A DNA stretch of 35,534 bases from a virus: the IMG/VR virus record IMGVR_UViG_3300025536_000008, positions 1-35,534 of that record. The stretch is one strand, 5' to 3'. The stretch's first letter is position 1. Every line of letters begins with the position of its first letter. A program made the position numbers and the translations under genes. This document shows, piece after piece, positions 1 to 6,937 of this stretch. The notes under the pieces were generated by a model that was not told the DNA's origin, did not search any database, and saw only the letters and a program-made list of their open reading frames with translations.

Positions 1-127
1 CTCTTTAACGCCTTCATTAGCGAGCCAACTAGAACGGCTATGGCTGCACCCCAGCCCAAAGTGGAGGTCGAAAGCACCGCAAACAGCCCAGCAAATCGAC
101 CCAATCCAAGGGCACTCAAAGCAGTTC
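1..127. repeat. Terminal overlap, copy 1. Identical to 35408..35534. Indicates a circularly closed or permuted assembly with a 35,407-bp unit.
   Basis: Read directly: ctctttaacgccttcattagcgagcc...ggcactcaaagcagttc occurs at both window ends. The length of 127 equals a common maximum assembler k-mer. Confidence 0.95.
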
Positions 128-665
128 CGCCTAGAGAGGTTCTCATTTTGCCCATGTTTCCCAGCGAAGGCAGTTTTGGCGGGCGTCCTGGCAAAGTAAT
201 ACTGGTGGTTGGCACAGCAGGATTGCCTTGTGATAAAAGTTGAGCGACCGTTTGTGACGGCGGCAAGGCTGGAGGCCCGCCAATACCGCCAGTCCCCATT
301 GCACGAGGTCTATTTGGATTAGGAAGAGGAGGCGGCCTGTTGCCCATTTTGGCAGCAGATTCTTCGATTCTTTTGGACAAATCTTCCATAAGGGAAATTT
401 GTTCTGCAATCTTTGGGATTGCGAAGGAACTGCCCGCAGCGGCTCCCACAGCAGCGGCACCGGCTGCCGATCCCAACGCCACACCTAACGCATTAACTGA
501 ATCTTTTGATTTAGCTGCTGCCGATCCTAATGCGGCAATGGCAGTTGTTTTGATGTCGGAAACGGAATTATCAACAGCCAAAACTTGAGCCTTTAAGTTC
601 TTCAACTCAGAGGTATCAATTCGGACTTTTATAATAAGATCGGCAAGTGTGTTGAACGAAAGCAT
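1..665 (-). CDS. Tape measure protein, N-terminal part. The gene starts at ATG 665..663, runs off the window start, and continues at 35407 down to 34108. Total is about 654 aa.
   Basis: Manual translation of the minus strand from 665 gives MLSFNTLADLIIKVRIDTSELKNLKAQVLAVDNS...GSAAGAAAVGAAAG...LSALGLGRFAGLF. This is in frame with the listed ORF 34108..35526 (position 119 = 35526, and 665-119 is divisible by 3). The ORF track misses it because the window edge cuts it. It lies directly downstream of the G/G-T chaperone genes. Confidence 0.85.
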   Translation of the reverse strand, partial: MLSFNTLADLIIKVRIDTSELKNLKAQVLAVDNSVSDIKTTAIAALGSAAAKSKDSVNALGVALGSAAGAAAVGAAAGSSFAIPKIAEQISLMEDLSKRIEESAAKMGNRPPPLPNPNRPRAMGTGGIGGPPALPPSQTVAQLLSQGNPAVPTTSITLPGRPPKLPSLGNMGKMRTSLGGTALSALGLGRFAGLFAVLSTSTLGWGAAIAVLVGSLMKALK

Positions 666-673
666 ATTGCTAT

Positions 674-1314
674 TTAGACAAGCCCATTAGCTTCTTTTTG
701 CCTTTTCGCCTTGAGTTCTCGTGCCTTCTTGAGATTGCTGGAATAATCATTGGCATTGCCCGACCAATTAAGCCAGTAAATTTGAGGCATCGTCAAGGCA
801 TTGATGACATCTGGCCCGACCCCTTCTTTCCATGCCTTTTGATAATCCTTTATCAATTTGTCGCTGTCTGACAATAACTGTCTCTTAGGACTTGTAGCTG
901 ATTTTTTTTTACGTCATCGTCGTCTCCATTGTAGATCGACGACAGCAAGATGATGACTTCGTTCATTTTGCCCAGATCAACAAAACTAAAAGCATCAACT
1001 TGTTCTCTGGTCACGTCCTTGTGTCTATGACGCAAAGACAAGAATACCACTTCTACAATTCCTTCTAGAGTGGCTATGCCGTCCTGAAAAGATTGGTCTT
1101 CGAGACTTACTCGCTTGGCAGAACATTCTTTGAGTTCGGCCCTGAGTAAATCCGCAGGGATGTCCCCAAGTTTTTTCAAAGTGTAATAACTGTGAAATTG
1201 AGCGAATCGAAGTAAATCACCAAGATCGCTTTTTGTGAGTGGGCTTAGTTCCCAGGTTTTGTCTCCGAGTTTATACAGCACTGGAGAAGCTGTGAGATCG
1301 CTTAACGGGTTCAT
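674..1314 (-). CDS. Tail assembly chaperone G-T fusion, made by programmed -1 frameshifting at the A9 run (902..910).
   Basis: Zero frame reads GAC GTA AAA AAA AAT CAG. The -1 frame reads TGA CGT AAA AAA AAA TCA GCT ACA AGT CCT AAG AGA CAG TTA TTG TCA GAC and continues into the listed 674..874 ORF (SDSDKLIKDYQKAW...). The -1 frame opens exactly at the A run. Confidence 0.75.
853..1314 (-). CDS. Tail assembly chaperone (gpG-like, zero-frame product).
   Basis: 153-aa acidic protein between the major tail gene and the tape measure gene. It ends 48 nt after an A9 slippery run, and a -1 frame ORF overlaps its end. Confidence 0.8.
   Translation of the reverse strand: MNPLSDLTASPVLYKLGDKTWELSPLTKSDLGDLLRFAQFHSYYTLKKLGDIPADLLRAELKECSAKRVSLEDQSFQDGIATLEGIVEVVFLSLRHRHKDVTREQVDAFSFVDLGKMNEVIILLSSIYNGDDDDVKKNQLQVLRDSYCQTATN
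902..910 (-). promoter_or_regulatory. Slippery sequence A AAA AAA (nine A on the minus strand) for the G/G-T -1 ribosomal frameshift.
   Basis: Nine T on the plus strand at 902..910. This is the only slippery heptamer between the -1 frame upstream stop (about 914..916) and the zero-frame stop (853..855). Confidence 0.7.
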
Positions 1315-1404
1315 ATTCTATGATAGTGGACCAATAAAAAATCCTCCATGATCTACACAGACCAAGAAGGATTTTTACTAGCTCAGGATGCAGGAAAAAC
1401 CAGA

Positions 1405-1857
1405 TTAGAAGAAGGCGTCACCACACAAATTATCGCAATGACCCGTCTCGGAGCATTCGTTGAGGACAGTATATGGACCATCACTCTTCCAGTTGCAAAC
1501 ATATCCCAATGCGCCATCTAGACTGTGGGTATATGCCACGCTGGTAATGACTGCATTAGGAACTTGGAAATTACACAGACTGTTTTCGCAGTTTGTCGCC
1601 TGCAAAGCCAAATAAACGCAAGAACCAGATCGAAGCTGAGGCGGCTGGGTAATGATGTCCGAATCCCAAAGGGCGGTAAAAGAGCCAGTTGCTTGTCTAC
1701 GACCCGTGATTAGCTTGCCGTAGCCGTTGCTTGATTTGTGAGTAGTGTCTATTTCACTAGCTTCATCATTAGCCGTCCATTCTTGAACGTGCATTGTATA
1801 GGTTTCGACATCGTTTGTCAGTATAACATCGCCTGAAATCCCAGCAAAAAACGCCAT
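1405..1857 (-). CDS. Major tail (tube) protein candidate.
   Basis: 150-aa beta-rich protein immediately upstream of the G/G-T pair. GGAGA lies 6 nt before ATG 1857 (MAFFAGISGDV...). Function is assigned by synteny only. Confidence 0.6.
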   Translation of the reverse strand: MAFFAGISGDVILTNDVETYTMHVQEWTANDEASEIDTTHKSSNGYGKLITGRRQATGSFTALWDSDIITQPPQLRSGSCVYLALQATNCENSLCNFQVPNAVITSVAYTHSLDGALGYVCNWKSDGPYTVLNECSETGHCDNLCGDAFF

Positions 1858-1933
1858 AGTTATCTCCATTGTCCTGATTGAACATTTGATCTAGAATATG
1901 TAGTCGCTTAGAAAAGAATTTTTGGAGATCAAA

Positions 1934-2677
1934 ATGCCCAAGATCAAATTTATTGAATATCGAGGCGAATCTAGAACAATCAGAGATTGGGCAAAATTAA
2001 AGGGCATCAAGCCTGCCACAATTGCCTATAGATTAAGAAATGGCTGGCCGATAGAAGATGCCTTAAATCTGGACTTGCACTCAGGAAAAAAGATGAAGCA
2101 TGGAAACTGGAAATTTCATCGAAAAGAATATAAGACTTGGCATGGAATGTTGGAAAGATGCACCGATCCAGAGCGATACCATTGCCAAAAAGGCATCAAA
2201 GTCCTATACAAGGATTTCGATGAATTCTTTCAGGACGTTGGTTCCTCACCCAGCCCTAGACATCAAATAGACAGAATTGATAATGATGGTCACTACGAAA
2301 AGGGGAATTGCCGCTGGGCAACGGCAAAACAAAATAATGATAATAGAAGCAACACTGTCATCGTAACCTATGGAGGAATTACGAAACTTTTAGTCGAATG
2401 GGCAAAAGAGCTTAATCTTAATTACATGACTACATTAAATCGTTTTAACAAGGGTTGGCCTCTAGAAAAAGTATTTGCGCCTAGAATGACGATTAAAGAC
2501 CCACTTGTCACATTTCATGGAGAAACAAAGACCATTGCACAATGGGCCAAGGAAAGAGGAATTCATTATGTAACTCTAAGAACTCGATTGTTGCGATATG
2601 GCTGGTCAGTCGAAGACGCCATGAATCAAAAACTAATTCAAGGTCAAAAACATCACAAACACGGCAACTCTTCCTGA
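1934..2677 (+). CDS. Free-standing HNH-family homing endonuclease with three HTH (NUMOD1/IENR-like) repeats.
   Basis: Nuclease motif HQIDRIDNDGHYEKGNCRWATAKQNNDNR. Three repeats of the W(A)KxxGIxxxTxxxRLxxGW type (TIRDWAKLKGIKPATIAYRLRNGWPIEDAL, LVEWAKELNLNYMTTLNRFNKGWPLEKVF, IAQWAKERGIHYVTLRTRLLRYGWSVEDAM). It lies on the opposite strand to the flanking tail genes. GGAGA precedes ATG 1934. Confidence 0.8.
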   Translation: MPKIKFIEYRGESRTIRDWAKLKGIKPATIAYRLRNGWPIEDALNLDLHSGKKMKHGNWKFHRKEYKTWHGMLERCTDPERYHCQKGIKVLYKDFDEFFQDVGSSPSPRHQIDRIDNDGHYEKGNCRWATAKQNNDNRSNTVIVTYGGITKLLVEWAKELNLNYMTTLNRFNKGWPLEKVFAPRMTIKDPLVTFHGETKTIAQWAKERGIHYVTLRTRLLRYGWSVEDAMNQKLIQGQKHHKHGNSS

Positions 2678-3111
2678 GTCTTCGTTAGCATAAAAGTTAA
2701 GGTTAATTGCCCTTCCCAAGAGTCACTTCCAATTGATTGACTTCGATCAGCAATTCGAGTGGCATTATGTACCCGATTGGTAATTTGTAATTGGGCGGCC
2801 CCATCCGTATACAAATCCTCTAGATTCTCAAGAACCGCCTCGACTTCTTCACGGCCTTTTCCAAAGACAAAAAAAGTTACAAAGACGTTTCTGACGGTAA
2901 TCCGCTTTCTGCCGCTCTTAGCTTCATTCAAAATTTGGGTTCTGATTTCGCTAAGAACGACGAAAGGTTTGATTCCTTGTCCAGCATTGCTCGGAAGACG
3001 ATCTCCATACATGGAGTCGTTACCAATCAAGGTGCGTAGATTGACAGCATCATTCAGTGTTGATGTCTTGTAAAGCTCTACAATCGCACCGAGTAATGAT
3101 GGAACTGCCAT
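2653..3111 (-). CDS. Tail completion / tail terminator-like protein.
   Basis: Start ATG 3111 lies 1 nt downstream of the stop codon of the upstream gene. Size (152 aa) and position in the neck module fit. The segment YGDRLPSNAGQGIKPFVVLSEI resembles tail-completion families. Motif-level only. Confidence 0.5.
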   Translation of the reverse strand: MAVPSLLGAIVELYKTSTLNDAVNLRTLIGNDSMYGDRLPSNAGQGIKPFVVLSEIRTQILNEAKSGRKRITVRNVFVTFFVFGKGREEVEAVLENLEDLYTDGAAQLQITNRVHNATRIADRSQSIGSDSWEGQLTLTFMLTKTQEELPCL

Positions 3112-3112
3112 A

Positions 3113-3706
3113 TTAGTTGAATAGAACAGCGATTCTAATGGTTTGTGAAGCTGTGCTGGCATGACTCAATTTCAAAGTCGCCACGCTAAAAGTCGCCAAG
3201 GGATTTGTAGAAGTGCCGTCCCAAATGGCAGCGGTTCTTCCAACCGGCAGAACAATTGCATACAATTCTGCATCCATACCATCGAGTAACACGAAGGTCG
3301 CTTGAACTGGAGCATAGGCTGTAAACGCCACAACATTATCTCCAGTAAGTACCAAATCCTCGACATCGACAATCATCACAGTAATTGCGGTGTCTGCGTC
3401 GGGAAAGTCGTCCCCAGAGCCGCCATCTACCGGCACGCTATTTACGGAAACGGTCCCCACGGTCACGCCTCTACGACTGCCTGTGGCCCAATAAATATCT
3501 ACCTCTGCGGCAGTCGTGATATTGTGACCGTCGCCCAGAGTGAGGATACCTGTGTCGGCATCTGTTCTGGTAGATAGAGTTCCTGCATTAGCACCAGCCA
3601 ATGTTACCTCTCTAACTTCCACAGCTTCGCTCGAAACAGTAAACGATGCAGGGAAATTTTTCCCTGCGACAGAAATTGATTCACGGACGGTCATGTCAAT
3701 AGCCAT
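3113..3706 (-). CDS. Virion structural protein of unknown role (neck module).
   Basis: 197-aa Ala/Thr/Val/Gly-rich, beta-type ORF tightly packed between adaptor and terminator genes. No recognisable motif. Confidence 0.6.
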   Translation of the reverse strand: MAIDMTVRESISVAGKNFPASFTVSSEAVEVREVTLAGANAGTLSTRTDADTGILTLGDGHNITTAAEVDIYWATGSRRGVTVGTVSVNSVPVDGGSGDDFPDADTAITVMIVDVEDLVLTGDNVVAFTAYAPVQATFVLLDGMDAELYAIVLPVGRTAAIWDGTSTNPLATFSVATLKLSHASTASQTIRIAVLFN

Positions 3707-3734
3707 AATTTTTTCCTCTGTTTTTATATAGGAG

Positions 3735-4100
3735 TTAAACGCTCAAATCTTCCCATTGGCTGTCTTCCCTAACTTCAATCTTGAAAAGTCTAGACAAACC
3801 ACACAAATTTTTCTTATCCAAAACTCGATAAAGTTTGATTGTTCCCAGGACTTCCCCCGTGTCTATCTCTATCAAACTATTGATTTCCACCTTATTCCAG
3901 GCAGTTTGGTCATCAGTGTAGAGTCTTCCTCGCTTAACTTCTCGCTGAGCCATCAAACTAGGCAGAACGTCTTGTGAGGGATATTCTTGATAGAAACAGT
4001 CAATATCCTGATCCAACACCACTTTATCTCTGGTGAAACCTGCGGATACATCCTGTCCATAAGCTATATCATGCGAAGTAAATGTGTGGGGAAAAAACAC
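3735..4100 (-). CDS. Head-closure / head-tail adaptor candidate.
   Basis: 121 aa. Its start abuts the stop of the connector gene at 4100. Assigned by size and position only. Confidence 0.5.
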   Translation of the reverse strand: MFFPHTFTSHDIAYGQDVSAGFTRDKVVLDQDIDCFYQEYPSQDVLPSLMAQREVKRGRLYTDDQTAWNKVEINSLIEIDTGEVLGTIKLYRVLDKKNLCGLSRLFKIEVREDSQWEDLSV

Positions 4101-4906
4101 TAGATGTACCGATCCTTGTAATTCGAGAGGATTGACAATAAATCAGGAGTCAATTTGCTTCTGAATTGATTGCTAAATTGCAGATCATAACTGTATTCAT
4201 CGAGCTTTTCTGAGACTCTGGTAGGTTGTCCAGCAAAGCCGCCAATATCGTTAAAAAAGGTCGTAATTAGTTCGGCCACGACGAACTTCAAATCATCTGG
4301 CAATGGATCAAAACCACCATTCCAAATGACCCTGACGGTGTGATTGCAACCGCACTTTCTATTCGGTTCTAAAATGCCTCGTTTTGGATCAAGTTGGTAT
4401 GATCCGAACCCATCCCAAACTTGCAGATTGTTAGGGGTTGAGCCTGCGCTAGAAATCAAATCAACAGCCAATCTTGAAGCATATTTAGCTGCGACAGAGG
4501 CGGCCCAGCCAGATTCATTATTGATGGCGTCCACCAGATCACTTAGACTAAGATTGGCATAATCTAAATCAATCGTGGTGACTGCCCGTGTAGTGCCATC
4601 GACTAGGTTGAGATTATTGTTGCTGATGCCATAAGAAGAACTTGTCGGGCCGGTAATTTTGATTGCTGATTGATGTTCATCAAAAACTCTGATGACATAA
4701 TCGACTGGATAAGCAGTCAAATAAAGCTCTAGGGTTCGGTCATAATAGATTTCATCATAATCACCTTTTACAAGGCGTCGTTTGCAATATCGCTCCATGC
4801 CTGCGAGGAGGGAGGTTGCAATTGCATCGAATCGAGTTTCGTCGCCTGATGTCAAATCTAGATGGGCGACCAAGGGATCGTTAAAATCAAGAATTTGGTT
4901 GGACAT
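4100..4906 (-). CDS. gp6-like head-tail connector (DNA-packaging/head-completion) protein with a C-terminal extension.
   Basis: AAGGAAG lies upstream of ATG 4906. The N-terminus LVAHLDLTSGDETRFDAIATSLLAGMERYCKRRLVKGDYDEIYY...LTAYPVDYVIRV matches the usual pattern of this connector family. Confidence 0.6.
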   Translation of the reverse strand: MSNQILDFNDPLVAHLDLTSGDETRFDAIATSLLAGMERYCKRRLVKGDYDEIYYDRTLELYLTAYPVDYVIRVFDEHQSAIKITGPTSSSYGISNNNLNLVDGTTRAVTTIDLDYANLSLSDLVDAINNESGWAASVAAKYASRLAVDLISSAGSTPNNLQVWDGFGSYQLDPKRGILEPNRKCGCNHTVRVIWNGGFDPLPDDLKFVVAELITTFFNDIGGFAGQPTRVSEKLDEYSYDLQFSNQFRSKLTPDLLSILSNYKDRYI

Positions 4907-5087
4907 TGGCTTCCTTTTTGTTGCATTCTTCGACCACAACCTCACCGGCATTTCTATACGCCATCTTCAATCTTTGAAAGGCATCTATTGTCAAAGGAAA
5001 TTCAAGTTCTTGGACCACTTCCTTGTTTTCACGGGATTTAACCATCTTATTTTCAGGGATTAACATGTTGTATTTAGAGTAATACAA
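4887..5087 (-). CDS. Small hypothetical protein (start uncertain; internal ATGs at 5066 and 5045).
   Basis: 66-aa ORF directly below the terminator at 5090..5116. No motif. Confidence 0.35.
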   Translation of the reverse strand: MYYSKYNMLIPENKMVKSRENKEVVQELEFPLTIDAFQRLKMAYRNAGEVVVEECNKKEANVQPNS

Positions 5088-5089
5088 CG

Positions 5090-5116
5090 AAAAAAGCCCA
5101 GGTATTACCTGGGCTT
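5090..5116 (-). terminator. Intrinsic terminator for minus-strand transcripts.
   Basis: Minus strand reads aagcccaggtaatacctgggctttttt: a 9-bp GC-rich stem (agcccaggt/acctgggct), a 3-nt loop and a run of six T. Confidence 0.75.
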
Positions 5117-5781
5117 CTTTACAAGAAATCTCAAAACCATGCCTGTACTAGACTTGCTAGGAAATACGCTGCCTTCACTTGCCCGGACCCTGCCGCCGCA
5201 CTACAAGTTAATACCGCAACATACCATTTACACAACTTCGCAATTCCTCACCGCAACGACAGGCGACCTCGCCAAAACCTCACGTCTCACGTCATCACCA
5301 TACCGTCACGTTACTTAACTAGACCCGTCTGAAAGATACCAATACACGAGAGTGCATGACCTCGCCATTACGGCTCATCACACGTCTCTGCGCCACTTTA
5401 CCAACGCATAAAGCGACTATGCCCACACCGTATGATACATAACCAAGACACTATTAGACGACACTACACCGAGACTTCACCAGCCAAACCTTGCCAGTAC
5501 ATGCTATACGATACCTCCACTTCATTTGGAGTAACTTTGCCATGACGCAAAGATTCACAACAATGCTAGGACTTGACTTCTCGGAACTACACCATCACTT
5601 TTCGTAATTTCACTTTTCGTAACCTAAACCTTACCTGTACGTGACATTTCAGTATATGGCTATACCACCACACTTCATTTCGGTACGACACCGCTACATT
5701 AGAAGGCTAGAAAATACCCCAGCCGAACGCAAGTTTACATGACTATGCCATGACTTCACGATGCCAAATGTCACGTCGCCA
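5117..5781 (-). other. ORF-free, repeat-containing region. Candidate long noncoding RNA or long 3' UTR on the minus strand; alternatively an iteron-type origin.
   Basis: No ORF of 60 aa or more in any frame between 5088 and 5781. Hand count over 5161..5760 gives about 192 C versus about 90 G on the plus strand. Dispersed repeats are present (CACGTC, ATACC, ACTTCA and a tandem tcacttttcgtaa). It is bounded by a same-strand gene upstream and a strong minus-strand terminator downstream. Confidence 0.45.
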
Positions 5782-6408
5782 TTACTGGTCGGAGACATCT
5801 TCCCACGAAAATCTGCCCTTCCCCGCCGATCTCCACTGCCCTAGACCAGACCAACGCCCGTGATCCAGCATTGCCACAATGCACTTATCTGGCAAAGTGC
5901 CATAAGGTACGTGTACTTCAAATTCTAAGATTGTTCCCGCTGGAATCACATAAGATCGAGCTATACTCGTGCGTGGCCCCTTTGGGGTATCAGCCCTGAG
6001 AGGTCTTTCACAGATTTCGAGCTTGGCATCGGCAGGTGCCACATAGATTTTGTTGGGAGAAATAAAAACACCGTGGCTCACCTTGGACTGCAACTGCTTG
6101 ATCGCAGTCTTTCCCTTTCCGAACTCCTTCATTACACGTCCCGCCTCTTTGAGCAAACCTTTGACCATGTAATGGGGTATATAATAGCCCTTTTCATCCT
6201 TGAGGAAGCCAGTCAAACCTCGTTCAAGCTCGTCAATATCCTCCACGCCATCCAAGGTAGATTCAAGTTCGGCGTTAATTTCATCTTCTGTCTTGCCATC
6301 ACGCTTCATGCCCTTTGTCATTTTCCCAGCGACATAATCTGTCCAAATGGACTTCTGGGTCGGCATGGTGCCGAGCATGTCGTCTAATAGTGTGAGTTTA
6401 ACTTTCAT
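5782..6408 (-). CDS. Hypothetical 208-aa protein with a RAMP-like C-terminal glycine-rich motif (weak inference).
   Basis: GGAG lies upstream of ATG 6408. The C-terminus is ...ERPLRADTPKGPRTSIARSYVIPAGTILEFEVHV...GRWSGLGQWRSAGKGRFSWEDVSDQ. I recognise no confident family. Confidence 0.7.
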   Translation of the reverse strand: MKVKLTLLDDMLGTMPTQKSIWTDYVAGKMTKGMKRDGKTEDEINAELESTLDGVEDIDELERGLTGFLKDEKGYYIPHYMVKGLLKEAGRVMKEFGKGKTAIKQLQSKVSHGVFISPNKIYVAPADAKLEICERPLRADTPKGPRTSIARSYVIPAGTILEFEVHVPYGTLPDKCIVAMLDHGRWSGLGQWRSAGKGRFSWEDVSDQ

Positions 6409-6448
6409 TTTCTTTCTCCTCTAGGTTTGGTTCGAGTTTCAAGGGTGG

Positions 6449-6602
6449 AGTCCACTTAGACTCGTCCATGCAGACAGGAACATCATCAATCTTTTCTTCT
6501 AGTTTTTTGAAATATCGTTCAATTTAGTCCACTTAGACTCGTCCATGCAGACAGGAACATCATCAATCTTTTCTTCTAGTTTTTTGAAATATCGTTCAAT
6601 TT
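6449..6602. repeat. Perfect 77-bp tandem duplication (6449..6525 = 6526..6602).
   Basis: Read directly: agtccacttagactcgtccatgcagacaggaacatcatcaatcttttcttctagttttttgaaatatcgttcaattt occurs twice with no gap. Confidence 0.95.
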
Positions 6603-6717
6603 GGAACTTGACAAATGATTTTGTGGCAAACAAACTTATGAGATGAGTACGAGCCTCGGCAATAGCCAGATTAAAAGTATTCAATTCATCGAGCAATTCT
6701 CTTAGTTCTCTATTCAT
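6499..6717 (-). CDS. Small coiled-coil protein. Its C-terminus is altered by the 77-bp duplication.
   Basis: ATG 6717 overlaps the stop of the upstream small ORF (ATGAATAG). Sequence MNRELRELLDELNTFNLAIAEARTHL... The frame shifts on entering repeat copy 1 (77 is not divisible by 3) and stops at 6499. Confidence 0.5.
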   Translation of the reverse strand: MNRELRELLDELNTFNLAIAEARTHLISLFATKSFVKFQIERYFKKLEEKIDDVPVCMDESKWTKLNDISKN

Positions 6718-6886
6718 CTCTGTGTATTCTTTTGTGAATGTTTGTCCCCTTGGCAAAAACATTCACTTCGCCAAGTTCGTGATCTAGATCACAGTCAATC
6801 TCTTCTTCCAACTCTTGTAATTCTCGATTGATTTGTTCGAGTTGTCTTTCAAAAAATTCTCTTTGTTTGACTTCAATTTCATTCAT
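6710..6886 (-). CDS. Small coiled-coil protein (58 aa, below the ORF-track cutoff).
   Basis: Manual translation gives MNEIEVKQREFFERQLEQINRELQELEEEIDCDLDHELGEVNVFAKGTNIHKRIHRDE. AAAGGAA precedes ATG 6886. It shares the NRELxEL motif with the next ORF. Confidence 0.45.
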   Translation of the reverse strand: MNEIEVKQREFFERQLEQINRELQELEEEIDCDLDHELGEVNVFAKGTNIHKRIHRDE

Positions 6887-6937
6887 TTCAATTCCTTTCG
6901 ATTGCTCTAAGTTGGCAAGAATTGCCCCAACTCCTAC

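Noticed and set aside
1-127. The 127-bp terminal identity as a genuine physical direct terminal repeat of the virion DNA.
   Set aside because: The length equals a standard maximum assembler k-mer, and the repeat falls in the middle of the tape measure gene. It is much more likely an assembly signature of a circular or circularly permuted molecule. The true termini cannot be read from this sequence.
40-588. Plus-strand ORFs 40..243 and 340..588 (Ala/Pro-rich) and minus-strand ORF 143..484.
   Set aside because: They lie antisense to, or out of frame with, the tape measure gene that occupies 1..665 on the minus strand. Their low-complexity A/P composition is the mirror of its G/A-rich coding sequence.
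5117-5781. Hidden protein gene using an alternative genetic code (stop-codon reassignment) in the ORF-free segment.
   Set aside because: All flanking early and late genes translate cleanly in the standard code, and all three stop codons are frequent in every frame of this segment.
6449-6602. CRISPR array or minisatellite interpretation of the 77-bp and 32-bp (9140..9203) repeats.
   Set aside because: There are only two abutting copies each, with no spacers. No further copies were noticed elsewhere in the window by eye, and there are no cas genes.
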